NCBI GenBank assembly: GCA_002269645.1
Contig: NIVC01003157.1
Span: 1-64,000 of the forward strand
From: Macrostomum lignano
Lineage: Eukaryota
Direction: 5' to 3'
Length of the DNA: 64,000 nt
The notes beneath the pieces were generated by a model, which made no database searches, had not been told where the DNA came from, and worked only from the letters and a program-made list of their open reading frames with translations. Within the stretch, counting starts at the first letter, position 1; the number at the start of each line of letters is the position of its first letter. Both the position numbers and the translations under genes were made by a program. Below are positions 24,839 through 38,246 of the stretch, in pieces.

Positions 24839-26200
24839 CTTCCTACAGCTGTTATTTGCCACACAGTGCTCAGGCTGCTCAGATATGCAGAGATGAAGAT
24901 TAACGCGCAGCTGAATTTCAGCACCAGATTGTTCCACTTGCCCCTGGTGCCGGTTTCGAGTCTGAGACCTTGAGCTGCCTGCCCTCTTCGAGCGAGAGAT
25001 TGAGCTGGGCTAATTGAGTTACCCGGGCCTCTGCTTGGCTGGCCCGAAACTTTCAGCTCGGCCCCGAGGAGCTGCAGGGTGCAGAGTTTCAAAGTCGGGC
25101 TGATTGCGATTAACCCTTGGCAAAAACTGCGCCCGCTCCACCCTGCGCTGATGATTTTTCCTTTCAATCTCATTGTCCGGGTCGATAAACTGCCAGCAAT
25201 GCTGTTGTGGAGAATATCGGGAGCAGATGTTTTCCTCGGGACTAAAGAGCTGCGCTCCAAGCAATATGGGGGTGAGACTCAAGCTGGGAGCATAAATCAC
25301 TGGCCTTCATAGCAGAAACTTGCTTGCGATGAGTTGCCTGTCTCGGGGGGGGGAGTCGTCACTCAAAATGGAAAGAAACGGCCGCAACTGTAAGCGGCAG
25401 ATTGCAGTGAAAATCAGACACGCTTTACTGCGATTCTGGCTTATATGATTGCCTCTTCTTGAACTTGTCTGTCAGAAGTATGATTCTCCATAGCTGATGA
25501 ATCGAGTCAATAACTGTGTCAGTAATACGTGTATTCAAGGAAGGATAGTGACGAAGCGCCAGCCCATGTATACTGGAAATCAGAACTTCCTACAGCTGTT
25601 ATTTGCCACACAGTGCTCAGGCTGCTCAGATATGCAGAGATGAAGATTAACGCGCAGCTGAATTTCAGCACCAGATTGTTCACTTGCCCCTGGTAGTCTG
25701 AGACCTTGAGCTGAGCGAGATTGAGCTGGGCTACCAAACTGCTCGGCAGGAGCTGCAGGGTGCAGAGTTTCAAAGTCGGGCTGATTGCGATTAACCCTTG
25801 GCAAAAACACCCTGCGCTGATGATTTTTCCTTTCAATCTCATTGTCCGGGTCGATAAACTGCCAGCAATGCTGTTGGGAGAATATCGGGAGCAGATGTTT
25901 TCACTAAAGAGCTGCGCTCCAAGCAATATGGGGGTGAGACTCAAGCTGGGAGCATAAATCACTGGCCTTCATAGCAGAAACTTGCTTGCGATGAGTTGCC
26001 TGTCTCGGGGGGGGAGTCGTCACTCAAAATGGAAAGAAACGGCCGCAACTGTAAGCGGCAGATTGCAGTGAAAATCAGACACGCTTTCACTGCGATTCTG
26101 GCTTATATGATTGCCTCTTCTTGAACTTGTCTGTCAGAAGTATGATTCTCCATAGCTGATTGAATCGAGTCAATAACCTGTGTCAGTAATACGCGTATTC
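24839..26200. repeat. Imperfect direct tandem duplication (~700 bp and ~615 bp copies)
   Basis: 24839-25536 and 25586-26200 are near-identical apart from several block deletions in copy 2 and scattered 1-nt indels. Confidence 0.85.
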
Positions 26201-26282
26201 CAAGTACGATAAAACTATGCTTACGAGTATACATGTATACTAACTCAGAACATCTATCGAGATGATATCGATGCATTTTACA

Positions 26283-26480
26283 GCCATGAAATTCACCATG
26301 GCAGTTAAGAAAGTCATGGAATTCACAATGGCAGCTCAAAAAGCCATGGAATTCACAATGGCAGTTCACAAAGCCATGGACTTCACAATGGCAGCTCACA
26401 AAGCCATAGAATTCTCAATGACAGTTCACAAAGCCATGGACTTCACAATGGCAGTTCACAAAGCCATAGAATTCACAGAT
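26283..26480. repeat. 30-bp minisatellite (gccatggaattcacaatggcagttcacaaa)
   Basis: About 6.5 tandem copies. Confidence 0.85.
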
Positions 26481-26671
26481 TCAGCTACACGCCGTGTTTT
26501 CGAGCTCCGGCCTTTTTCGTCTTCCTTGCAGGCAAGTTGGCGAGCCCTGGATTGAAAAAGAGGCACAGAAAAGCTGAGACACGAGCTGCAGCATCGATTG
26601 CGTGATTGAGTCTCTCCATCTCTCGATCACTGCGAATCTCTGCCATGGCATGTCCTGACAGAACCTGTGCT

Positions 26672-26699
26672 GACACACACACACACACACACACACACA
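26672..26699. repeat. (AC)n microsatellite
   Basis: Uninterrupted ac run. Confidence 0.9.
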
Positions 26700-29600
26700 G
26701 GTCTCGAATTTCGCGAGTAGCAGCAGCAGGGAAAAATTGAAAGCAAAAATTCGATGTGAAAAAGTCAAAATTATGACATTCAGTTTCTTAGGCGGCTCTC
26801 TGAAGCGGCATCTGAAGTTACAACTTTGATGCTCCAGCTTCATCCCATTTTTATAACTGTCAAATAAAAACTCCATTGAGATAATGAAGTTCAGCACTGA
26901 GAGACTCAGCATGTCTGGAGTCATTCGATTATGAATTCTCCTAAATTCGCTGAGAAATTGGATTATCCGCATCCAATAGGTGCTGGGGTGCTCTAATTGA
27001 TTCAAATCTGCTTTCACTTCAATTTACTAATGACTAAATAGAGGAGAGAATTCAATCGTTTCCACGCAGTCTATTGGATGGCTTCAAATATTTCTGTCAT
27101 ATTTTAACTCAATAGTTTCATTAATATGATACGCACGTATGACTCATCGGTGTGAGTCGTCCGTCCTCCAGTCCTTTCAGTTTGGGTCCACATTCATATA
27201 GCATTAAAACTTTTAATTATTCGAATTCAAGGCAATTGACTGGTGCATAGTAAATCAACACTCAATAAGTTGCATCACTTCGTTAGCTGGATTTCAGCTG
27301 TTGTACAGAGGCTAAGAAGCAAATAATTATTTTTAAGTTTCGCGGTCAGCTGCACATCTTGCGCAGTTAATCTGTTGATGCACCATATTCATTGAATCTC
27401 TTCAAGCTTACTCCCCGCCCCTGGACTTGCTGGAAGGTGAAAACCGGAGAGCCACGCGATGAAAGATCGAGTGGACGCAGCTGGTAGAAAGAAAGCCACC
27501 CGGCAATCAAGCAGCCTCAGGCTTGAATTGCTGAAGTTGGCAGACTTCAGAGCTGCACCGGGTCACTTGGACTGGTTTCTGACCCAGCGGATAAGCTTGG
27601 TAGAATTTTATATATGCCCATTTGCACAGTGCCGTGATCCTCCTTGAACCTCATTGAAATTTTTAGATTTGATTAAAAGCAAAAATGCAGTCCAGCATCG
27701 ACTCGTATGGAGACTTTTACCATCATACTATGCGTTTATATTTATATAGAATCTTATGATAATCACAGTTGGAATTTTTAATGCAATTATTTTTTTGTTT
27801 GGGAGTTTTCTGGTTAACAAATGAGCAGCAATCTCTGCTTTCTATTGTCATCACCAGGATTCCCCTGTCGCATTGTGATGCAGTAGTGTTCTACAGACTA
27901 GCAATAATTCCTGTTCTGAGCGGCTTTCGCACCATCCTGCAGCTCATAAATAAACCCGGAGGCAATACAAAATGAATCCACACTGGAATGGAGCTGCAGT
28001 CAATATGGACAATGGGGACAAACGCTTTTAGCCAGCAACAGGGTCACAAAACAGTCACGCCGAAAGATAATTAGAGATATGAATAGATTCGAGTGAGCTG
28101 GAGGCTCAGACTGGGGATGCCTAAATTTAGCTGGGTGAAAATGTTATTTATTGCTGGAAAAGCTTCTTCAGAAGCGACTCCCCAGCAACTGTTTCTCTTG
28201 ACCGGCCCAACTGAATCGCTGAATAGTCAGAAATATGCAATCAAATCCAACGAAAATTCCCTTGCCTCGCATTTATTTCTCAGAGAAGATAATCCACAAT
28301 TTTTCTGACGCTCGGCTTATTGTCTTAAGAACAATAGTAGCATATTTAATCAACAATTGCTTGTCTCGGGCTCATAGTGTTCCGTGTCTATAGAGTGGGA
28401 CAGCGTGGATCAGTAAATTCTATTACGTAAGGACCGCACAATTGGCGGTATATGCTCTCATAAAAATGTTAATGGTATAAAGTAAAAATTCGCAACGGTA
28501 GGCTAACTAGGCTCATTAGTATATTGTATTTGTATTGTACTAGAAAATCTGGTAACAATTTTCTTTATTTTATTTTTTATACCCAGTAAAGTCTCTATCC
28601 GGTTATAACTTATTGAAAATTAGACCCTCTGGCTTATGAAAACAGTAAACCAACCAACTAGTGGCAGTGCAAGGCTATTCCCCCAACCCGCACGAGAAAC
28701 CAGTGCATTCTGTTTGCCTGTCTTATGCAACCCCTTGACGGATTAAGAGGAAATGGGTTTTCACCCCTCACCTGGGTGAGCGCGAGGTTACTGCCTGGGA
28801 AATCCACGCTATAGTCTTTAAACTGGGAGGAAAGTGTGACATGGGAAATTGAAAGTAAAAAGCAGACACAGAACAATAACCAAAGCGCCTTAACACTTCA
28901 GCAGCCCCCTCTATAGCTTCCATGCAGATGTGAAAGTGCACAGAATGTGTTGGGCTATTTGTGGCGGTAGAACTGTTGTTTGTGAATTAAAGGCGAGCGA
29001 TATTTTCTGGGTTTCAATACAAGCGGCCGCTTCAGATGCGAGGCATTATGCACGCTGGAACAGGTAAGGGTCTCAATGCAGGTCAGGTATGAAGCTCCAA
29101 GCTGAAGAAGATAGTCTGGGCGCATAATTCCTTTGTGGCAGTGACGGAAGTAGATGTCTGCTCACATCAAGCCCTGATGTCATAAGCCAAGGCTTCTGTA
29201 GCTGAGAAAAATGAATAGGAGTTCATCCATGCCCTCGTTTATGCTCGAGTTGTGCCTGAGAAGAAAGATAATGAAATTCAAGAGGTGCTGTTTGGGCCAC
29301 GACTGTGACAGCTTCTCGACAGTTAAGGGCCTCCAACGTCAAGCAGATGGCCAGACTCGAGTAGCATTAAGGCCCGCGGAGACAAGCATGGGGTCCAAGC
29401 TCATCTCACTGATTCAGTTAAGATCTATATTTTGATATCTCTAACCCAAAAAAGTGAGTTTTAGTTACCGCTCGTAAAGACTGTGATGATGCAATCGGGT
29501 ATGTGCGAGTGCATGGAGTGCCCACATGGACGGCGCTTTGATATAGCAATTGCAGCAATAAGCTCAAAATGAAAACTTTTAAGCCGTCGTTTGTTGCAGA

Positions 29601-31108
29601 GTACGAAGAAATTAAATTACCGGGTCAACAGCGTTGTCAAGACACTCCACAACTGAGTCTGGCTGATAAAGAATTACAAATTAACTTCAGTGAAATCAAT
29701 TGACCTCAATTCTCTAGCTCACAAAATCCTGCAGACTCGTGCTGAAACTTACCCTGCCTTGTAGATTTTCTAGCACATCTGAGTAAAACTAGCCAACTTG
29801 ATTTTGAGTAGCTAGCTTCAGCCTCTGCTTTGCTGTCAGTCTTTCAGCGAGAGTGACGAGCATGACAGTTTCCTTTGTTCTGCCTGAGAAGCATTTTAAA
29901 CAATGTTTTCAAAGTGTCTTTCACGCGCTTTCCTATGCTCAAAAACATGCAAGCATCCCCGAGAAAGGCGCATTCTCTCGTTAGCTTTAAAGTGTGTCTT
30001 GCCTATAGCAAGAAGCCTTTGTCCTGAGGCCAGGCGTAAATGAAAATCGATTCTCTCCAATTGCTAAGCTGTCAGCTGCCCCATCTTTCCGGGGTTTGGG
30101 AATCAGCTGGAGAAGGAGATTTTGAAACAGAATCTGGAGTGGCAGCTCTTACCTAAAATTGTCATTTTTAGTATATGGGATTCAGTGAACAAGCAAATTT
30201 TCTGCGGTATTTTTGCGAAGTTAGAAGGGCTATCTCATAATTAAGTTTAGCTTAAGAGAAAAAGAAGAGATCTGGCAGAAACCCCTAAGGCTTTAGTAAT
30301 GAATAGTCTATGGTAAAAGAGAATGACAAGGTAATTGAAACCAACGTGTGCGGCTTATGCACGATCTGACAGCTGCAGACGCCGCAACCCTGCAACCCAG
30401 TGCCAGGGCTCAGCAGCCACCGGAGGGGTTGTGGGAACTCCCACTCTGATTTCTCCCAATTGAAGCTGCCCCCAGACCCGGGAGTTACTTATCAATCAAT
30501 AGCTTCTCACAGCTAGGTCAAGGCTAGCCAAGGTGTCCCAGATCAAAGTACATTCATCTCGTCCTTCCTCCGTTGCTATAGGCTTGCATTCTACAACGCG
30601 GGCAGGCATCTTGTGGCGTCGCTTGACACCTAATAATGATCTTCAAATTTGATTGCGATGCCAACAGTCCGCATGTGGGCTGCTCCAGATGGGAGCTCAA
30701 ATTTTCTTTACTTGCGTGCTCTTAATCTCCTCCAATCTCCTGTGCCTTTTCTAGTAGAGCGGAAGCTGGGAATTTTCCCACTAGGAATGAATGAAAGAAA
30801 ACTTGAAGATCAAAAATTTCATTTTTTGTCAAAAGCTGTCTTAATGCCCCATTGACAGAATCTCCACTTTCATTCCGTGTGACTTAACCGCGGTGCCACG
30901 AAAATAACTAGTCCGCAATTAATTAAATCATTTGACTAGATCAGATATTTTCAAGCGTAGAGCTAAAGCTTTTTGTACAAAAGTACTTAAGGACCTAAGT
31001 AGAAGAGTGGGACGGTTATGAATTTGATTGCTAATGGACCAAATCGCAGATAATCAATATGATGTACTTTTTTACTTTGACAGGAGAACCCGGTTACCGA
31101 CAGTGCAG

Positions 31109-34100
31109 ATGGCTACACGCAGGCACTCACTGAACCAAAATTACTTGGCTTGGCTTTTTGTCTGCAGCCTGTTTATCGAGCTGGCCGCCAGTCAAACAAG
31201 TTTCTTCCTTCGGCACAGCTTTGTTGAGGAGCAGCCAAGCGGAGCCAAACTGGCTGACCTGCGGCACCTCCTCCAACTTCAGGGCGGCCGCCGTGGAGAC
31301 GCCAACCTCGACCGATGCGAGTTTCAGCCGTTGGACATCCGCGAGAAGTACTTTTTCGTGGACTCGAAAACTGGAGAGATCTTTGCTAAAGCAAGGATCG
31401 ACCGCGAGTCTCTTTGCGAGGAGGCAGTCACGTGCTGCAAGGGCATCAACCCCGACTGCAAGCTCCCAATGACTATCGGCATGGTGGACCCGACCCGCAG
31501 CGGCCCGGCCTTCCAGGAGATTCTTCAAGTCGATCTGGACGTTCTAGATTTAAACGACAACGCACCGCGGTGGACTTCTCCGACACTTCTTCTAGAAATC
31601 TCCGAGCATACTCTGGTGGGGTCAAAGTTCAAGCTTCCTCCCGCAGATGATCCTGACAAGGCACCAGACAACACAACGCAGATCTACCGACTCGCCAGTG
31701 GCACTGACCTTTTCCGCGTGGTCCCCGTCTTTAGTCCCGATCCTGCCGTGTCGGTGGTACTCTTGCTGGAGGTCCTTGTTGACTTGGACCGTGAGACCAA
31801 GCCATTCCATACGATTGTCATCCATGCAGTAGATGGTGGACCAGTTCCTCTCACCGGCTCCGTGACAGTCAACGTTAGCCTCACAGACATTAACGACAAT
31901 CCACCATTCTTCACGCACGAGTCGCGAACAGTTAGCATCCCAGAAAACTACCCATTGGAAAAGGAGTTGTTCCGTGTCACTGCAAGTGACCGTGACGCTT
32001 CCGACATAGAAAATCTGCACTATAGATTTAGCCTATCGGCCAGCAAAGCCGTCTTAGACGATTTTCGCGTAGATCGGAGAAGCGGCTCGATTGTTGCGGT
32101 GCGGCCTCTCGACTACGAGTCTAAGCGAGAGTATAGCATCCCCGTGACTGTGTCTGACGGAAAGCATCTAGTTGAAACAACCATCGAGGTTCGCCTGCTA
32201 AATATAAACGACAACCCGCCAACAATAACGGTCAAGAGCATTCTCCCTGAACAGCAGCCATCCGCATCTGGTGCGCAGTCCTCCGATCTGTTCATTCGCG
32301 AGAACGCTCCTATCGGCACCCTCATCGCCTCGGTTGATGTTAAAGACGCCGATGACAAGGCCATGCAAGAGACTGTAACTTGCTTTATTGAGCCCTCCCG
32401 CCTGTTCGGTATGCTCCCTCTGTATGAGGCTGCCAGGCATCAGTTCAAAATAGTGAGCAATGTACCCTTCGACCGTGAACTGAAGTCCATGCACCAAGCG
32501 ACGGTCACATGCCATGACAACGGCAGCCCCAATCGAGACGCCAGCGTGCAGAATAGAATCCGAGTAATCGACGAAAACGATCATCCTCCAACGTTTCGTG
32601 AAAGAATAGTAGAAGCCCAGCTGCACGAGAACGCCGAGACCTCTATGACAAAGCCAGTGATCCGCATGGAGGCTGGTGACAAAGATGAAGGCGTGAATGC
32701 AGCAATTCGTTATTCGCTTGATACGCAGTCGGAGCACGCGTTTTATATCGACACGCTCACGGGAGCCATTTACCCAAAGTTCAGTTTTGACCGGGAAAAA
32801 ATCAGTCAGGTAAACATCACTGTATTTGCCAAAGACATGGGCGACTCGAGCGACACAGAACTGCAGTTCACGGCCACTGGAACTGTAGTGGTAAATATTC
32901 AGGACGTCAACGATTGCGACCCGGTGTTCCAGCAGCGGCACTACTCCTTCGCAGTCGTGGAGAATGTTCCCAACCGCACATTCGTCGGCAAAGTGCGGGC
33001 CACAGACTGCGACGCTGAGGAGCGACACCGGTCTATTGTCTATCGACTAATTAGGCAACCTGGTGATCCTTCTCAACTGTTTCCATTCGAAGTGTCTCCG
33101 GATGGATCAGTATACACTAGCACTGACAACCTGGACCGCGAGGCGCGCCACTCATACAGCCTGCGGGTGTTGGCGGACGATCAGGCAGATCGAAGCGACA
33201 CCGCCACGATGTCCATTGCTGTGCTCGACTTAAACGACAATGCGCCACGTTGGGTGTACCCGGGCGGCACAGCTCCGAGAGTGAACATCTCCATGCACAA
33301 GTCGGTAGGCGATACAGTGTACAAGCTGCATGCCTCTGATCCGGATGAAGGGAACAACGGCACTGTGGTGTACAGTCTTGTCTCTGTGCAGCCGTATGAC
33401 AGTCTGTTCGTGGTCAGTCGGGCTGGTGACCTCACACTGGGCCGGTCGATTGTATTTAACCGGGATGTGAACCTCTTGCACAATCTAGTGTTCAACGCAT
33501 GCGACCAGGGCTCGCCCAGGCAGCTGTTCAGCGTCAAGTCGATGAGCATCTTCATAACAGAGCAGGCGCCGAATAACTATGGGCTTGGCTCGCCAAAGAC
33601 GTCTGAAGGCAATCTAATTATTATTGTTGCTATGGTGGTTATCACGCTTGTAGTATCTATCGTGCTTATTGCAGCGATATTTTTTCTGCGCTGCAACTTC
33701 TGCGATCGCCGAACGCATTCGACTGAGCGCCAGAATGGGCGAGTTAAGGGCAGCGGTCACTTGCAGCAAGAGCAGCAGGAGCAGCAGTTGCAGCTGCAGC
33801 ATCTGCATCACAATCCGCCTGCTTATCGAATATCTCCAGCTAACTGCGACACCTATCAGTGGGGTAAGATACGCCTTGCCAGCTGCTGGAATTGCGAATG
33901 CTGTCTTCCCCCGTTAAACCTCATTCAGTAGCTAATCGGGCCATTGAGCGTGGAGTGACCACTGCGTACACAGTGCTAGAGGCTCTTGATCCACGAGTTT
34001 TCTGTCTGGGGCTGGGAATTCTTCGACAGAAGTTGAGCTCAAATTTATTGATAATTATAAATTCATAAATTACTATACATTCAATCGAATGTAGAGATTC

Positions 34101-37100
34101 GAGAGTACACATTCCTATCCTCTGAAATCTTTGCTAGCGCAAATCTCCAGCCACCCGTGCTACTAAAAAATTTGCTTCTCCGAGAGTTCTTTTTGGCACT
34201 TTGATGATCAATCTGACATTCAGCGTCATAGCACTCATTTTGGCGCCTCCAGTGCCATTCAGGATCTTAAACACTCGATTCAGCGTTCATAGCTCTCACT
34301 CATTTTGGTGCCTCTCAGGTACTATGCAGAATACTCAGAATATAATTCGCATTTCTCAGGTGCAAAATAGGCATCACAAATATAAAAAATGAGCAGTTAG
34401 CATTAATTGGTTCGGTAGGAAATCATTGTTAAGCCAAAGCAGACAAAAGAGAATATTCCAACATTGACCTGCCCAAACTTGCTGCTGTACTTCTGAATTG
34501 CTTTACAATACAACCTGCTTACCAGATGGTTCAGCTGCCACAGGCTCTACCCTCGCTGTTAGAGCCGCGGACTGTGAAGCAGGCGATCCGCACCACTACC
34601 AGGTGGCCCTGACGTTGAGTCCAATGGAGTCAGACCAGACGATTGGCAGAAGTTACCTGCCAGTTGCTGATGTAAGCTACGCTATGAGATTCACTGCTGA
34701 ATTAACAGATTAACAGTTTAAGTCATTGCAAATCTAACTGAAGCCCGCGAAGCCTCTCTATCAGGCCCTCTCGGGTCCTTTGAAACTTCACAATAGCAAT
34801 CCGGCCCGCTCAAGTTTTGTCTCTCTTCTCTTCTCTCTCTTCTCTAATCTCTAATCTCTCTTTTCTCTTCTTTTCTCTTCTCTTTTCTCTCCCCTTTTCT
34901 TCCCTCTCTACTCTTTGCTTCTCTCATCATCATCAATTCCCTCTCTTAAATTCTTTCTCATCCGGCCCGCGGCCATAAGCTGGATTCTTAGTGAAATAAT
35001 TGAAATACTCGTAGTTGGTGAAATAGTGAAATAGTTAGTGAAATAATTTCTTTTCCTATAATTTAAGGTTCTGCACCCCAGTTTTCTTACCTATATGATA
35101 AGTGACAACACGCACACACACAGGTAATTGTGACTGCATTATTTTAATGCGAGCCGGCCGCATGCCAACATAAAGAGCTATTATGAGTATTCAAAATGCG
35201 AAATCTGTATATGGTCATTTGAGAGGGGGTAGCCACAGACTGAGTAATGCAATAGTTATCAAGGTGGCAGGCAGAAGCCGTTATTAGCGAAATGCACGGT
35301 CATGCCACTGTTTCCCAGGCTCCTCATTAGTGGCTCTCTCTTGTCTCTCTTTCCCACATTGCGGCAAGTGGAGTCTTGAAACAGGCACAGATACCCCCCT
35401 CCTTCATATGCATTCTGTATCTTCCTTGTTGCGGCCTTCCAGCTCTTATCACGGGGGGCGGGGCGGGGCTGCCTCCTTTCTTATCACTCCCCATTTATAC
35501 CTGCGGCAAGGAGCTCAGCTGAGGAATAAATGCCACACGAAATGCGACACCGGAACTCCCAAACCGCCTGTTCGCCTTTCCACTTTCAATTTTACTTGGA
35601 GGGCGAGGCATATTCAGCGGGAAAGTAGGGGGGAAGCGTTGGAAATAAGATAGGGGGGGGGGCGAGACGGGATAGAATTCTCCCACTGCTAATTAGAGAA
35701 TGGGATTGAGTCACAGGCCCGTTGCTCCAGCCGCGGCTGTCCGGGCCCACAAGTTGTGCATTCCACACTAAGCCGCTTTGCGTCGCTAAAGCCGGACTTA
35801 CCTGAAACCGTTAATTAGTAAAATTTTCATATCGTTCAATTGTTGGCTGTCTGAACAGCATGCGAAGTCACCAGTTTGGTAATTTCAAAATAGAGAAAAG
35901 TAAAGATGAATTAGGGAGTTTTCCTTCTGTGCTTTGCTGAAAATATCTAGCTAAAATATTCGAGCAGTGAACTATGAACCATCAAGAAATAATTGGTTCT
36001 CTAATTGGGAAAATGAGAACCAGAAAACAAAGGTGTGAAGCCGGGCAGAAAAACAGGTGATGCAGACATCAAAGGCATTTTCTGTTTACGCTCTCTTGTG
36101 CGGAGTTGCAGTCAGCCCTGCATTGACAACTCTGTCACAGCTCGCAACTCAGAACGAGCTCTCTAAAAGCTTTTATGCTAGGCAAGTTTTGTGAAAGCAA
36201 ATATCGCCCGTTATGGTGAAGATGATGAAGCGAAAGAGACTGGGAAACAGGTAGTGGCTGAGTAAGAAACAGTCAGACAATCCGTTGCTAATGCGAGGCA
36301 GCACCTTTCAGGCCTGCTAATCTGCGCAAATTGCCCGCTCGAGCTTCGCTTTGAGGCTGAGTAGCGAGGGAAGGAAGTGAAGCTGTCGGTGAGCTACTAA
36401 GATCCCATCAAGAAGATTATAGTGAAGCCCGAAGTCGGGGCTCCTGGAATTTGTCAGATGCAAATGCAAAATAATTTTGCTTGCTCACAGATTTATTTCC
36501 TGATGCCTGCATAGACTAGAATCGGGACTCTATTGTTGAGCAGTTGAGTATCAAATCACGCGAATGACGGCAACCCCTCTGCAGGGCAAGCTGCATCTGC
36601 TGACAGCTGGCGAAGATGCCGATAGTCTGGACAGCGGCAAAGGCTGCAGCAGCGACAATGGAAGCAGAACTGCCCGCTCTGTTAAAGGTGAGTGAAACTT
36701 ATTTCATATTTATTAACTGATTTGTTTCAGTTGCAGATAGTTTTTATGCTTGTACTAGTTAATATTCGTGTGTTTATTAAACCTTTCAGCTGGTGTTTTA
36801 TGCCAGTCAAGGTTCTCACAACATTATAGCACTGTACACGAGTGCGATTGGGCCGGTTCCTTTCATAAGGAGAAGAGATTTACTCCCTTTTCCCCTGCAG
36901 TTCAAATATTTGTGCGCAGATTGCGCAATCAAGGTGGGGAAGGCTCTCAGCAGGTGGGCAGGCCATAATTGTCGATGGGGAATTTGGATAAAAGCCGTGG
37001 AGATCGGCTGCTCCTTCTATACATCTGGTCGCAGTTGAGAAAAGCAGAGCCTGCGTTGTGAACAATAGGGCCACTAGAAAAATAGTTAGCTTCTATTTTT

Positions 37101-38246
37101 AGGCTATGTTAGGCTGGAATACCCTAACATCATGTCAAAAACAACTAAAGTAAAAAGTGTGCAACCGCATGCATTGACGGTCTCGTTAAACGGGATGGAA
37201 GTGAATAGATAGGAGCTCGAGTGGGCAATCTCATGTCATGATGCTCAACATAGTTGAGAAGACTTGAAATGAACTGAGGCAGTTTCAGCTCCTAGATTGA
37301 ATAGGTATGTTCTCTGTTGCTCTGCAGTGAGTGCTCTCTTGCTAGAGAAGACTTATTCAGATGTTTATTGAGCAGCGAAGTTCTCCCATAACTGACTAAT
37401 TCTTTTTTCTATCTGTAAGCGAAACTTAATGCAAAATTTAAGTAGAAATGCTGATAACCGCAAAACACAGTATGAAACGCTTAAGGTTGCAGTTAAAGAT
37501 TTCACACAGACACACCATAAAGTGGGTTAAAGTGCAGACTTTTTGATGAAAGTTAGGCTGAGCCGGTATAATGTCTTAGGAACAAAGTACAAGCAGGAAA
37601 ATAATTCTGAGTAACCCTGTCCGATCCAGGGACTCCATGTGATCCATGGTGGACAACTAAAGTAGAAGGACGTCTACACTCGATTTTCTTAAAAATGAGC
37701 TGGAGGCCGATAAGGTACATGAGGATAGTATCTCTCTCGAGAAATCGGTTTTGTCTATGGCCAAAAGGCCCGAATAGTCCCAAAGAGTAATAGACAATTT
37801 CCGTCGATTCTTAAAGATGCTCAACAAAGTGAGTCAAAATTCCAGTCCGAAATTAAAATTCAACTGTCGCAGAGCCGATCGGAATCGACCGCAAGGGGGC
37901 CCAGCAGTCCATGAGCACATTCAGACACGACTTGCAGCATCGGGGCTCCGGCAGTCCCTACCAGAGCCTGCGTTGCAGCAGCGCCGTCGGAAAGAGGTCC
38001 AATGCGGCACACAACACAGTGCACTTCAAGCAGTGGTCGGCGGGAGAAGTCGGCATGGATGGCAGCGTGGCGCCGGCCCACAACGGCAGCTGCACGCTGC
38101 CAAGGCACCTTCAGGGCGGTCAACAGTCACTGCTGCAGCGCCAGCGGGCTGCTGCGGGCCATAACGGCGATGGCGGAGGAAGTCCTGGCGGAAATGCCCG
38201 ATATTTGGGGGCCACGGCGGATTCAAAGTCCAGCAGCTTTGTGTGA
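31109..38246 (+). CDS. Delta-type (non-clustered) protocadherin, 7 cadherin repeats, TM helix, cytoplasmic tail (4 exons, ~1125 aa)
   Basis: Exons 31109-33863, 34526-34671, 36585-36687 and 37873-38246 have GT-AG boundaries and consistent phases 1, 0, 1. Features: signal peptide; DRE and DxNDNxP linkers (DLNDNAP, DINDNPP, NINDNPP, DENDHPP, DVNDCDP, DLNDNAP); TM IIIVAMVVITLVVSIVLIAAIFFL; CM1-like DSLDSGKGCSSD; C-terminal SSSFV*. Exons 2-4 are inferred from splice signals and frame. Confidence 0.88.

Noticed and set aside
31127-33811. Several minus-strand ORFs over the protocadherin
   Set aside because: Antisense shadows of a GC-rich coding exon.
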